Assembly: GCA_026991575.1 (NCBI GenBank)
Contig: JALXBF010000069.1
Span: 46,102-66,101 of the forward strand
Direction of reading: 5' to 3'
Source: Planctomycetota bacterium
Lineage (GTDB): Bacteria; Planctomycetota; Planctomycetia; JALXBF01
DNA: 20,000 nucleotides
In this document: piece by piece, positions 6,489-15,853 of the stretch
How positions within the stretch are numbered: the stretch's first letter is position 1
Layout: the number at the start of each line of letters is the position of its first letter
Program-made: the position numbers and the translations under genes
The notes under the pieces: model-generated
Seen by the model: only the letters and a program-made list of their open reading frames with translations
What the model was told of the DNA's origin: nothing
Databases searched by the model: none

Positions 6489-9335
6489 CTACTCCAGATA
6501 CAGGAACTCGTTGCTGTTAAACAGGGCACGGCACACGGCGCGCAGCCCAAACCGACGGGCAACCGCCAGCGCCGCCCGACGTTCCCGATCGTCCGGGGGC
6601 CGCTGGTACAGCAGCACGAACGCACGCTCCACCTGAGCGGTCAGGTCCGTACCTACCTCACGCTCAATCCGCCGCGTCATGAGCTCGGCCATGTCCAGCA
6701 CGAACGAGTGATTCAGCAGCGTCAGCGCCTGCAGCGGACTGGTCGTCTCGGGCCGCCGTGGCGCGGCGAAAGCCGGATCGGGACAATCGAAGTCGCTGAG
6801 CAGGTCCACCCAGGCAGCCCGAGCATTCTGGTGGTACACGGCCCGTCGGTACGTCTCCGGGCCGACCCGATCTAACGGTTCGTACGTCGCCACGTTATCC
6901 TCCAGATACCGGTACAGCCGAAAACCCGGCCCGCCCATGCGACGGTCCAGTACCCCGGCAGCATCAAGCATCGAGTCGCGAATCTCTTCGCCGGTCAACC
7001 GCCGCGGGGGGTAGCGCCACAGCAGACGCGTGCCGGCATCGATCCGTAGCGCGTCCGGCCGAGCGACCGACTGCTGGCGATACGTGGCCGAAAGGACGAT
7101 CATCCGATGCAGCGGCTTCAGCCGCCACCGGTAACGCAGCAGCTCGGTGGCCAGATAATCGAGCAGCTCGGGGTGAGACGGTAAGCTGCCCATCTGGCCG
7201 AAATCGCTCGGCGTCGCGACGATTCCCTGGCCAAAGTGGTAATGCCAGATACGGTTGGCCAGCACGCGAAGCGTGAGGGAGTTGGAGTCGGAAGCAATCC
7301 ACTGCGCTAGCGCCAGTCGCCGCGTGGCTTCCGGGGCATCCGCCGGCAGCTCGTACCGCCCGACCGTCCTTTCCAGCACGCGGATACTCCGCGGCACCAC
7401 GACCTTGCCTCTGCGCTGCGGGTCCCCCCCGAGGAAAACGTGGAACGGTCCGGGCGCAGCCGTCATGCGACCGACCCAGTAGACGGGCAACGGAGGCACG
7501 GTTCGGATCTTCGCTTCAATGGCTGCTAGTTCGGCTGCGAGCTCACTTAGCCGCTCCCGTTCTTCGTCAGTCAGCCCGGCCTGCAGCAGGCGATGACGAC
7601 GGTGAGCGGCGGTGACCGGCTTGCGATCGTAGCTGTCAGCCACCGTCTGCCAGCGGCGTCCGTCCATGGAGACTTCGATGCGGTACTCGCAGATGAACCG
7701 AGTATAACCGTGTGTCGGCGGTAGCTCCCTGGGCCGATCGCTGGAGAAGACGACGCGGCCGATGACCGCCGGACGAGCAAGCGTGATCGTCAGCGTGGGA
7801 CCGGCAGCAATCCAGCGGGTTCCGAAGTCGCCGTCGATGGCCCGTTCGGCCGAGTAGGCGTCGGCAAAGTCACGTGCGATCCGGCTTGCTCCGTCAGCAC
7901 GTGCTCCCTTGCTCAGAAGTGCCACGTTCTCCGGCTTCGGCCTTACCGTCCAAACCTCAAACTCGTCGATCCGGAAGTCGGTGCGGCTTTCCGGTGCGTC
8001 GTCCCGACCGAACACGACCAGGCGCACGTAGCGCGCCGCCACGGGCTGGAACGACTCCTCCGTCCGGTAGCGGCTGACCGGGGGCCGTTGCCAGCGTTCT
8101 TCCAGACGGTGACGCTGCGCCTCGGCCCGGCGAATCGCACGCTGCCGAATCTCGTCCCGCTCCCGCAGCAGTGCCGCTCGACGGGCCTGCAGCGGTGCCA
8201 GCAGCTGCTGCCGCCGGGCACGCTGCGCCGCAGTGGCTAGCTCCCGGTCTCCATGCCGAACGCCGGCAAACGTAGCGTACCACGAGTAGTAATCCTCCTG
8301 GGTGATCGGATCAAACTTGTGATCGTGGCAGCGAGCACAGCCCATGGTGATGCCCAGGAACGCCTCGGCCGTTGCCCGGATGATCTCGTCCAGCGTGTTC
8401 GCTCGGATGATCGCCGCTTGCACCGGATCCTGGTTGCCCACGTTGTCGTACGGACCACACACGAGAAAAGCGGTGCCAACGGCAACGTCCGGGTTATCAC
8501 TGTCAAGCACATCACCTGCCAGCTGCTCGATGATGAACCGGTTGAACGGCTTGTCTCGATTGAACGAGCGGATGACGTAGTCGCGATAGGGCCAGAGATT
8601 GTTGATGAGTACGTTGCGTTCAAAACCGTTGCTTTCACCGAAACGGGCCACATCAAGCCAGTGCCTGCCCCACTGCTCGCCATAAGCGGGCGAAGCCAGC
8701 AACCGGTCGACGACGCGTTCGTAGGCTGCCGGGTGGTCGTCGTTCAGGAAGGTGAGAAGCAGTTCCTCGTGTGGCGGAAGCCCGGTCAGGTCGTAGCAGA
8801 CGCGACGCAGCCAGGTGCGGCGATCCGTCGGCGGGCTGGGAGTCAGACCGGCCTGCTGCAGCCGCACGTACACAAAACGGTCGATCGGGTTGTGCTGCCA
8901 GTGTTCGGGAGCACCGGGCGTGTCCGGAGGGGAAACCCGTCGTAACGGACGGTATGCCCACCAGTCAGAACCAGCACCTTTGGGACGTAGCACAACGTCC
9001 TCGGGCCAGTGTGCACCGGCGGCGATCCAGCGGCGCAGCGTCTCGATCTGCTCGGGGGTCAGCGGAGGCCCGGCCTTTGGCATCTCCACCCGACCGTCCG
9101 GCCCTGGGGCCACCAGCCGCAGCAGCTTGCTAGCCTCTGGGGCTCCGGGGCGGACCAGCCCGCGGGCTCTGAGGTCTGCTGCCGTGTTAAGCGATAGCCC
9201 GCCTTTGCGCTGCTTGGCATTGTGACAGATCAAACAGCGGCCTTCAAAAATCGGGGCCACATCGCGCCGAAACTCGACCGAGGGCCCGGCAAGCAAGAAG
9301 GCAGTCAGGATGATCGAGCACAGTTCCGCGGTCAC
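6489..9335 (-). CDS. PSD1 and planctomycete cytochrome c domain protein (PSCyt1 + DUF1549/PSCyt2 + DUF1553/PSD1) with an inserted discoidin-like domain
   Basis: VEFRRDVAPIFEGRCLICH heme motif with MP...LRRWIAAGA; NPIDRFV, RRVCYDLTGLPP, YGEQWGRHWLDVARFGE, CARCHDHKFDPI; NRIWHYHFGQGIV, PSHPELLDYLA, RRLTGEEIRDSML, PLQALTLLN and terminal NSNEFLYLE. Confidence 0.95.
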   Translation of the reverse strand: MTAELCSIILTAFLLAGPSVEFRRDVAPIFEGRCLICHNAKQRKGGLSLNTAADLRARGLVRPGAPEASKLLRLVAPGPDGRVEMPKAGPPLTPEQIETLRRWIAAGAHWPEDVVLRPKGAGSDWWAYRPLRRVSPPDTPGAPEHWQHNPIDRFVYVRLQQAGLTPSPPTDRRTWLRRVCYDLTGLPPHEELLLTFLNDDHPAAYERVVDRLLASPAYGEQWGRHWLDVARFGESNGFERNVLINNLWPYRDYVIRSFNRDKPFNRFIIEQLAGDVLDSDNPDVAVGTAFLVCGPYDNVGNQDPVQAAIIRANTLDEIIRATAEAFLGITMGCARCHDHKFDPITQEDYYSWYATFAGVRHGDRELATAAQRARRQQLLAPLQARRAALLRERDEIRQRAIRRAEAQRHRLEERWQRPPVSRYRTEESFQPVAARYVRLVVFGRDDAPESRTDFRIDEFEVWTVRPKPENVALLSKGARADGASRIARDFADAYSAERAIDGDFGTRWIAAGPTLTITLARPAVIGRVVFSSDRPRELPPTHGYTRFICEYRIEVSMDGRRWQTVADSYDRKPVTAAHRRHRLLQAGLTDEERERLSELAAELAAIEAKIRTVPPLPVYWVGRMTAAPGPFHVFLGGDPQRRGKVVVPRSIRVLERTVGRYELPADAPEATRRLALAQWIASDSNSLTLRVLANRIWHYHFGQGIVATPSDFGQMGSLPSHPELLDYLATELLRYRWRLKPLHRMIVLSATYRQQSVARPDALRIDAGTRLLWRYPPRRLTGEEIRDSMLDAAGVLDRRMGGPGFRLYRYLEDNVATYEPLDRVGPETYRRAVYHQNARAAWVDLLSDFDCPDPAFAAPRRPETTSPLQALTLLNHSFVLDMAELMTRRIEREVGTDLTAQVERAFVLLYQRPPDDRERRAALAVARRFGLRAVCRALFNSNEFLYLE

Positions 9336-9364
9336 GACCAGGCCTCACCACTGGCTGCCATCAC

Positions 9365-9382
9365 AGATCAACAAGATCAACA
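9365..9382. repeat. Perfect 9-bp tandem direct repeat (AGATCAACA x2), candidate regulator binding site
   Basis: AGATCAACA at 9365-9373 and 9374-9382, AT-rich, about 30 bp upstream of the PSD1 gene start in the divergent intergenic region. Confidence 0.45.
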
Positions 9383-9822
9383 TATGCGGATCCTGCAAGT
9401 AGGCTACCACCGCGGTCGGCGAAAGAAAAGACGTGCGCGTCAGCTCGAATCCAAGACATGCCCCGACTCGTTCTTCCGATTCGGTCGTTCACCCCACTGT
9501 GGAAGGGTCGACACAACCGACAGAGCCGTACGCCCGATCATCACGGCCGGCCGAGGAGCGGTTTCGCGCGATCGAGACGGCCACGGGTCGCGGGGCTGCC
9601 GTGAAGGGCGACGATCGCAGATGGTGGATGCGCATCTGTAGTCGGTCGGCCGTGCCCGCCATCGGGGGGGGCGAGCCGCGACAGCCGGAACCCGCGAAGC
9701 GGGCCGCTTCGGGCTTTCGGCCGTAGCCACGTAGAATCGAGTGAGCTTCGGATGCGGCAGCACGAGCGGCCGCACGCACGCACCGGCCGGCTCGCCGACG
9801 GCCGCTTCGTGGTTGCGTGTCT

Positions 9823-12800
9823 ATGGCAACGCCCGCGATGAGACTCACCGCCGCAGCTATCACGTGCTTCCTCGCCTGTTGCCCGCCGCTCCGGGCACAA
9901 GTTACGCTCGATCCGGATACGGTCCCGGTGCCCCAGCAGACGGCGCGCATGATGCACGTCCCGCCGGGCTGGCGTGTGGAAGTGTTTGCTGCCGAGCCGA
10001 CGGTTGTGAACCCGCTGGCGATCGATTTCGACCAGGAAGGTCGAGCATACGTGCTGGAAGCACGTCAGTACCCACAGAAGGCCCCCGAGAACAAGGCCGG
10101 TGCGGACCGCATCCTCGTGCTCGAGGACACGGACGGTGATCATCGAGCAGACCGCGTCCGCGTCTTCGCCGACGGCCTGAATCTGGCCTCTGGGCTGGCG
10201 GTCGGTTACGGGGGCGTCTTCGTGGGCCAGGCGCCGGAGCTGCTGTTCCTGGCCGATAGCGACGGAGACCTCCGTGCCGATCGCCGTCAGGTGCTTCTAA
10301 CCGGCTGGGCCTACGAGGATACGCACGAGACGCTAAACAGTCTGACATGGGGCCCGGACGGTTGGCTGTACGGCACGCACGGTATCATGCACCATTCGGA
10401 AGTGGCCGGCTACCGGTTCAACGCAGCCGTCTGGCGATATCACCCACGAACGAAGCGGTTTGAACTGGTTGCCGAAGGCACGAACAACCCCTGGGGCCTG
10501 GACTACCTGCCCAACGGTGACTGGGTCATCAGCACCTCCGTGATCCCGCACCTGTACGCCATCGTGCCCGGTGGCTTCCACCGCCACGGTCTGGTTCGCT
10601 GGTGGTCGAACCCATACGCTTACGGAGAGGTCCCCCCCATCGTTGATCATCGCCATTTCCCGCCCAACATGGCTGGCTGGGACCTGGTGCTGAAAACCGA
10701 CAGCGCGACAGTGCCCGAGCCGGTTTCCGACGAGCGTGATCCGGTGCGCGCCTACGGAGGTGGCCACGCACACAGTGGTCTGGCGCTGAGCCACGGCACG
10801 CCCGTGCCTGCCGCTTACCGGAACGCTGCCCTTATCGGCAACCTGCATGGCAATCGCATCAACGCCGACGTCATCCGGCCTTACCGCTCGCTGTACGTGG
10901 CCAGCCATCGCAAGGACTTCCTCACGTGCGACGACCCGTACTTCCGCCCAGTCCACCTGCGCTGGGGGCCCGACGGCTCCCTCTACGTGCTCGACTGGTA
11001 CGATCGCCAGATCTGCCACAACACGGACGAGGCGGTGTGGGACAAGCGGCTCGGTCGCATCTACAAGGTCATCCCCCCTGAACGCCCGGCCACGGAACGT
11101 GACGCTTCCATCGAACAGCTGCTGGTGAGCGAGTATGTCTGGCACTGGCGGCTGGCCCTGAGGTTGATTGCAGAGCGGCGGGCGTCGGTGCCACGAAGCA
11201 CACTCGTGCGCATGCTCGATACCGCTGCGGAGCCGATGGCGTTGCGAGCATTGTGGGCGCTACATCTGTCCGGTGGACTAACCGAAGCGGATCTGCGACG
11301 GCTGCTGGCGGATCCGCGCAGTGAGCTCCGCCGATGGGCGGTTCGACTGCTCAGCGAGCCACAGTATCGGGGCCGCGTGGATGAGTTTGCCGACGAGCTA
11401 CTGCGACTGGCCGCCCGGGAGCCGTCGCCGCGGGTTCGCCTGGAGCTTGCCTCAGCCGCCACGCGGTGGGCTGCGTGGGGGGGACGCGAAGCTCTGCTAC
11501 ACGAGTTGATGCTCCACGATGAGGATGCCGATGACCCGGCCATCCCCGCTCTAATCTGGACGGCATACGAATCCGATCTTGAACACCACGCGGCCCGCCG
11601 GGCCGGGTGGTTGGCCAAGCACAGTGATCGGGCTGTCATCCAGCGCCACGTGCTGCCTTGGTTCCTGCGCCGGCTGGCAGAGGACGGAACCGACTCGGCA
11701 TTGAGGCTGGCTCTGGACACGTTGGCGCAAGTGCGCTCGGCGGACGCGGCACGGTACACGCTGCGTGAGTTCGCACGCGGGCTGAGCAGGCCGTCAGAGA
11801 AGCTGGCGACCGAGTGGGCACGTGTCCGTTCTGCGCTGGAACCGTTGCTTGCGCGACCGGCGGACCGGCTTCTGCTGGCGCGGGTAGGTGCGCTCTTCGC
11901 GGACCCCTGTGCGGTCAGCATGCTCATCGCGGCGATGCACGAGGCCAATCGCCCGCCAGCGGAACGGTTGGCTGCCGTTGAGGTGCTGGGACGAACGCCG
12001 GTGGAGCAGGCGCGCGAAGCGCTGGTGTCTGCAGTCCTGGACAGCAAGCTCCTACTAAGCGTGCGCAGGGCGGCCGTACAGGCGATGAAGCGGGGCATGA
12101 CCCGGGCCCAGGCAGCTGAGCTCGTGCGGCACTGGCATCGTGTTCCCCCCGAACTCCAGCATGAGGTGTTGCTGCTTTTGGCCACGTCGCGGCTCGGGGC
12201 AGAGCAGCTGATTGCGGGCATGGAACGCGGATGGGTGCCGCGGGACGACGTGCCCGAGGGGGCTGTGCGGCGGATCCTGATGGTTGCTGACAGAGCGCTG
12301 GTCGAGCGGTTGCGCACGGTCTGGGGCAACCTTCAGGCGATGACCGTGCCGGAGGCCCGGCGGGAGATCGCTCGCCTGGGCCCTGCGCTGGCGACGCTAC
12401 CCGGGAACCGCCACCGAGGCAAGCGGCTGTTCAGCACGCACTGTGCCGGCTGCCACCGGTTCCGCGGAGAAGGCCATGCCGTCGGCCCGGACCTGGAGGG
12501 CGCCCAGCTGAACGACCCATTCTACCTTTTGTATAACATCGCCGATCCAAACCGCGTCGTCGGCGCCGCTTACTACACCGTGCGGGTCATGGACCGGCAG
12601 GGACGAGTGCACCAGGGACTGCTGGTCCGCCGCGACGGCAGCGGGCTGGAACTGAAGGCCGAACAGGGTCAGACGCTGCGGTTCAGCCGGGACGAAGTGG
12701 AAGAGGTGCGCGTCTTACAAGAATCGCTGATGCCAGCAGACATCGCGAGCCGGTTCACGGCCCAGCAGTTCGCCGACCTGGTCGCCTACCTGATGGGCGA

Positions 12801-13305
12801 CCTTCGCTTGACGGCAGGTTACCGCTACGGGCCACTCGTTGCTGACCGGCCGCTTGAGAGCACATTGCCGGTGGACGGTAGGTTGAACCCGCTAAGCTAT
12901 GACCCGGAGGGATGGCAGCCGTTTCGGATCGGCCCGGCAGGGAAGGTCATCTTCTCCATGGTGGGGCTGGATCGGAACCGGCGACCACCTGAGGCTGCAT
13001 ACTACGTGTACGTACGGGTGTACAGTCCGACGGCACGGGACGTGACCATGTGGCTGGACGCCCGTAAGGCGGCGCGGGTGTGGGTCAACGGCAACGAAGT
13101 GTTCACGGGACGGAAGCTGACGGTACCCGTGCGGTTTTCGATCACGCTGCGGCGGGGCGAGAATGAACTGCTCATCAAGCTGGCCAACATCGTGCGCGAT
13201 CCGAACGCCCCGGCGGCAGCGGGTGAGTGTTCGTTTGCGGCCTGGTTGGTCGACCCAGAGCATGAGCTGGCGCTGATCAGCCCGGACGGCGACCGCATCC
13301 AGTGA
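9823..13305 (+). CDS. PVC-type heme-binding CxxCH protein (putative membrane-bound dehydrogenase beta-propeller, HEAT-like repeats, cytochrome c, C-terminal beta-sandwich)
   Basis: Signal peptide; VPPGWRVEVFAAEP, DRILVLEDTDGDHRAD, DTHETLNSLTWGPDGWLYG, NPWGLD, GGGHAHSG, FRPVHLRWGPDGSLYVLDWYD, GRIYKV; HEAT-like repeats; GKRLFSTHCAGCH...VGPDL...IADPN...SLMP. Start may be 9817, 9823 or 9838. Confidence 0.93.
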   Translation: MATPAMRLTAAAITCFLACCPPLRAQVTLDPDTVPVPQQTARMMHVPPGWRVEVFAAEPTVVNPLAIDFDQEGRAYVLEARQYPQKAPENKAGADRILVLEDTDGDHRADRVRVFADGLNLASGLAVGYGGVFVGQAPELLFLADSDGDLRADRRQVLLTGWAYEDTHETLNSLTWGPDGWLYGTHGIMHHSEVAGYRFNAAVWRYHPRTKRFELVAEGTNNPWGLDYLPNGDWVISTSVIPHLYAIVPGGFHRHGLVRWWSNPYAYGEVPPIVDHRHFPPNMAGWDLVLKTDSATVPEPVSDERDPVRAYGGGHAHSGLALSHGTPVPAAYRNAALIGNLHGNRINADVIRPYRSLYVASHRKDFLTCDDPYFRPVHLRWGPDGSLYVLDWYDRQICHNTDEAVWDKRLGRIYKVIPPERPATERDASIEQLLVSEYVWHWRLALRLIAERRASVPRSTLVRMLDTAAEPMALRALWALHLSGGLTEADLRRLLADPRSELRRWAVRLLSEPQYRGRVDEFADELLRLAAREPSPRVRLELASAATRWAAWGGREALLHELMLHDEDADDPAIPALIWTAYESDLEHHAARRAGWLAKHSDRAVIQRHVLPWFLRRLAEDGTDSALRLALDTLAQVRSADAARYTLREFARGLSRPSEKLATEWARVRSALEPLLARPADRLLLARVGALFADPCAVSMLIAAMHEANRPPAERLAAVEVLGRTPVEQAREALVSAVLDSKLLLSVRRAAVQAMKRGMTRAQAAELVRHWHRVPPELQHEVLLLLATSRLGAEQLIAGMERGWVPRDDVPEGAVRRILMVADRALVERLRTVWGNLQAMTVPEARREIARLGPALATLPGNRHRGKRLFSTHCAGCHRFRGEGHAVGPDLEGAQLNDPFYLLYNIADPNRVVGAAYYTVRVMDRQGRVHQGLLVRRDGSGLELKAEQGQTLRFSRDEVEEVRVLQESLMPADIASRFTAQQFADLVAYLMGDLRLTAGYRYGPLVADRPLESTLPVDGRLNPLSYDPEGWQPFRIGPAGKVIFSMVGLDRNRRPPEAAYYVYVRVYSPTARDVTMWLDARKAARVWVNGNEVFTGRKLTVPVRFSITLRRGENELLIKLANIVRDPNAPAAAGECSFAAWLVDPEHELALISPDGDRIQ

Positions 13306-13344
13306 CCTCTGATCGCATCCGGCGCCGCTTGACGGGCGTGCCCC

Positions 13345-14196
13345 TCAGACAAACTCGACCTGGATTCGTTCCGGTATGATCTCCGCAGCGGCAGCTTCGT
13401 CCAACAACCGCTGTACCGCTTCGCGCCCGCGCGGTCCATAGTCGACCGTCCATTCGTTGACGTATCGGCTCACAAAGTCCTCAGCACGGGCCCGGTCCAG
13501 GTCACGGGCATACTGAAGCGCGTACTCTAGAGCTTCATCCTTGTGCTCAAGTGCGTACAGGATACTGCGGCGCACGTCATCCGTGATTGCTTTCATGAGT
13601 TCCGGCCCAAGATCGCGGCGAACGACATTGCCGCCCAACGGCAACGGGAGGCCGGTCGTCTCGTACCACCACTGACCCAGGTCCACCACCGGGTGCAGGC
13701 CTAAGTCCCCGTAGGTCAGCTGACCCTCGTGAATGATCAGCCCAGCATCGACCTTACCGGCAGCAACGATGGGCAGAATCTGGTCGAACGGATAGACCTC
13801 GTAGGCGAACGACGCTCTTAGCATCAGCTTTAGCGTCAGAAACGCGGTGGTCATCGTGCCGGGCACGGCAATCGTTTTCTCATGCAGATCGGCCGGTCGC
13901 AGCGGTTGGCGGGCAACAACCAGCGGCCCATAACGATCGCCCATGCTGCAGCCGCAGGACATCAGGGCATACTTGTCTGCCACGTAGGCGAACGCATGGA
14001 TGCTGATGGCCGAGACTTCCAGCTCACCGCGTTCTGCGCGGCGGTTCAGCGACTCAATGTCCTCCAGGATGTGGCGGTAGCGTCGATTGCCCGTGTCGAT
14101 GCGTTCGTGCGTCAGCGCGTAGAACATGAACGCATCGTCCGAATCGGGGCTGTGACCGACACGTAGCAGGATCGTAGTGTCGTTGTTGGCTGCCAT
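13345..14196 (-). CDS. mqnD: 1,4-dihydroxy-6-naphthoate synthase (futalosine menaquinone pathway, MqnA/MqnD family)
   Basis: GHSPDSDDAFMFYAL, DIESLN, SMGDRYGP, IAVPGTMTTAFL, GLIIHEGQLTY, DLGQWWYETTGLPLPLGGNVVRRDLG and YVNEWT. Confidence 0.93.
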   Translation of the reverse strand: MAANNDTTILLRVGHSPDSDDAFMFYALTHERIDTGNRRYRHILEDIESLNRRAERGELEVSAISIHAFAYVADKYALMSCGCSMGDRYGPLVVARQPLRPADLHEKTIAVPGTMTTAFLTLKLMLRASFAYEVYPFDQILPIVAAGKVDAGLIIHEGQLTYGDLGLHPVVDLGQWWYETTGLPLPLGGNVVRRDLGPELMKAITDDVRRSILYALEHKDEALEYALQYARDLDRARAEDFVSRYVNEWTVDYGPRGREAVQRLLDEAAAAEIIPERIQVEFV

Positions 14197-14209
14197 GGTG
14201 AGGCAATTC

Positions 14210-14986
14210 CTAGCGACTTGGTGGCGGGCGCCGCGGCCGGCGTGGCGGACGGGCCGGTCGGCTGGCCGGCCGGCGAGTACTGGCCGGCTTCTGCTGCGCG
14301 GTCTTGCTCTTGCCGCCGCTGCCGATCACATACACCTTCTGCTGCTGACCGGCGGGCACGAACGGTTCGATTGGCTCCTCTTCAACCGGCTTGCCCAGGA
14401 TGACGGCAACGACCAGCGTCAGCAGCGTGACGGTCAGCGCGATGGTAAGCGGCAGTTGGAGCTCGCGTACGGTGTCGGCTGCCGCAAACCAGCTCAACGC
14501 GCCGCCGAGCAGGCTGGCAGCAAGTCCCGGCAGGAGGTAGAAACGCCGATCCTTGTCAAGCACGGAGTCCACGACGATACACAGGCCGGCGAAAGCGATC
14601 ACCGCCGCTAGCGCCGCAAGATAACGACGCCACGTCCCGCCAGGCCGCGCCAGACCGAGAAATTCCTCTCGTGTGATGATTCCGTCCCCGTCCAGGTCCA
14701 TGCTCCGCAGCCAGTCGCCGAATTGCTCGAGCCGGGGGTCGTCCGACGTGAAGTCCTCGTCCAGCTCGATCTTGCCGTTCTGATTGGTGTCGAGCAGTCG
14801 GAAGTTGGTGTCATTGCGTTCCAGCTCAACAGCGGGCGCCGCTGCGGTGCCGCCTGGGCTGCTTGACGCCGTCGAAGCGGGCGCCTGCGCAGGCGACGCC
14901 TGCTGAGCCTCACCGGCCAGCGGCAGGCAGCAGACTAGCATCAAGGCCACCAGCGCGGTGCCCGGTCTCCGGTCAAATGCCATCAT
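14210..14986 (-). CDS. Hypothetical membrane protein with two EF-hand loops
   Basis: Start reassigned to ATG 14986 (GGAG just upstream). Signal peptide ending in AEA, EF loops DTNQNGKIELDE and DLDGDGIITREE, three hydrophobic helices, and an Arg/Pro-rich tail. Confidence 0.8.
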   Translation of the reverse strand: MMAFDRRPGTALVALMLVCCLPLAGEAQQASPAQAPASTASSSPGGTAAAPAVELERNDTNFRLLDTNQNGKIELDEDFTSDDPRLEQFGDWLRSMDLDGDGIITREEFLGLARPGGTWRRYLAALAAVIAFAGLCIVVDSVLDKDRRFYLLPGLAASLLGGALSWFAAADTVRELQLPLTIALTVTLLTLVVAVILGKPVEEEPIEPFVPAGQQQKVYVIGSGGKSKTAQQKPASTRRPASRPARPPRRPRRPPPSR

Positions 14987-15037
14987 CTGCTCCGTTGACA
15001 GGGCCTGCAGCAACGAACTCGTCTTGATTCTACCGGC

Positions 15038-15853
15038 TCAGCCAGAATGCCTCAGGATCTTCCGGGCAATCGCAACCATCTGGTCGTGAATCAGCCCGTT
15101 GGTTGCCAGCAGATCCGGTTCGTAGAGGTCGAACACGGTGCCGTCCAGCTTTGTCACACGACCACCGGCTTCCTGCACGAGCAGCACGCCGGCAGCACAA
15201 TCCCACGCGTGCAAGTGAGTCGCATAGAAGCCGTCAAAACGACCGGCCGCCACATAAGCCAGATCCAGAGCAGCCGATCCCAGACGCCGCACCGCGTGAC
15301 TTGCCTCACAGAAGGCGGCGAAAAGCTCCAACAGTTCGGGGCGCCGTCGCGGCCGGGGCGGGAACCCTGTCACCAGCAGCGCCGCAGACAGCTCATGGAC
15401 CGCGCTGACGTGGATCTGCTCACCGTTCAGCCACGCGCCTTGCTCGCGGGCAGCATAGTACAACTCGTCGGTTGCCGGCGCGTAGATGACACCGACTTCG
15501 ACATCCGTGCCGACCGTTGCCGCGATGGAGACGGCAAAGAGATCGAGGCCGTGCAAGTAGTTGGCTGTGCCGTCCAGGGGGTCGACCACCCAGCGCACCG
15601 TTGCCGGGCCCGTTGCCCCTGCCTCAGCATCGCCGGCCGCGGCGCCTTCCTCACCAAGGAACGCATGCTCGGGGAACTGCTCAAGGAGAAAGCGGCGGAT
15701 GGCCTCTTCCGCTTCGACGTCCGCCTTGGTGACCACGTCGCCTGGAGCCTTCTGCCGAGCCTTCACTCGGCCGCGGTAGCGCAGCAGGACGTCGCCGCCG
15801 ACCCGTGCGGCATCCAGCGCAGCCTGAAGCAACTTGGACCGTTCAATCGTCAC
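15038..15853 (-). CDS. suhB: Inositol monophosphatase family protein (SuhB-like)
   Basis: DVVTKADVEAE, FLGEE, WVVDPLDGTANY, RRLGSAALDLAYVAAGRFDGF and WDCAAGVLLVQEAGG. Confidence 0.93.
   Translation of the reverse strand: MTIERSKLLQAALDAARVGGDVLLRYRGRVKARQKAPGDVVTKADVEAEEAIRRFLLEQFPEHAFLGEEGAAAGDAEAGATGPATVRWVVDPLDGTANYLHGLDLFAVSIAATVGTDVEVGVIYAPATDELYYAAREQGAWLNGEQIHVSAVHELSAALLVTGFPPRPRRRPELLELFAAFCEASHAVRRLGSAALDLAYVAAGRFDGFYATHLHAWDCAAGVLLVQEAGGRVTKLDGTVFDLYEPDLLATNGLIHDQMVAIARKILRHSG

Noticed and set aside
6482..6625. N-terminal extension of the DUF1501 ORF to 6625 as given in the ORF track
   Set aside because: It overlaps the conserved C-terminus of the PSD1 gene and would bury the Tat-like signal; ATG 6481 fits better.
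11061..12329. 422-aa minus-strand ORF
   Set aside because: Antisense shadow of the PVC heme gene; Ser/Arg/Ala-rich with no motifs.
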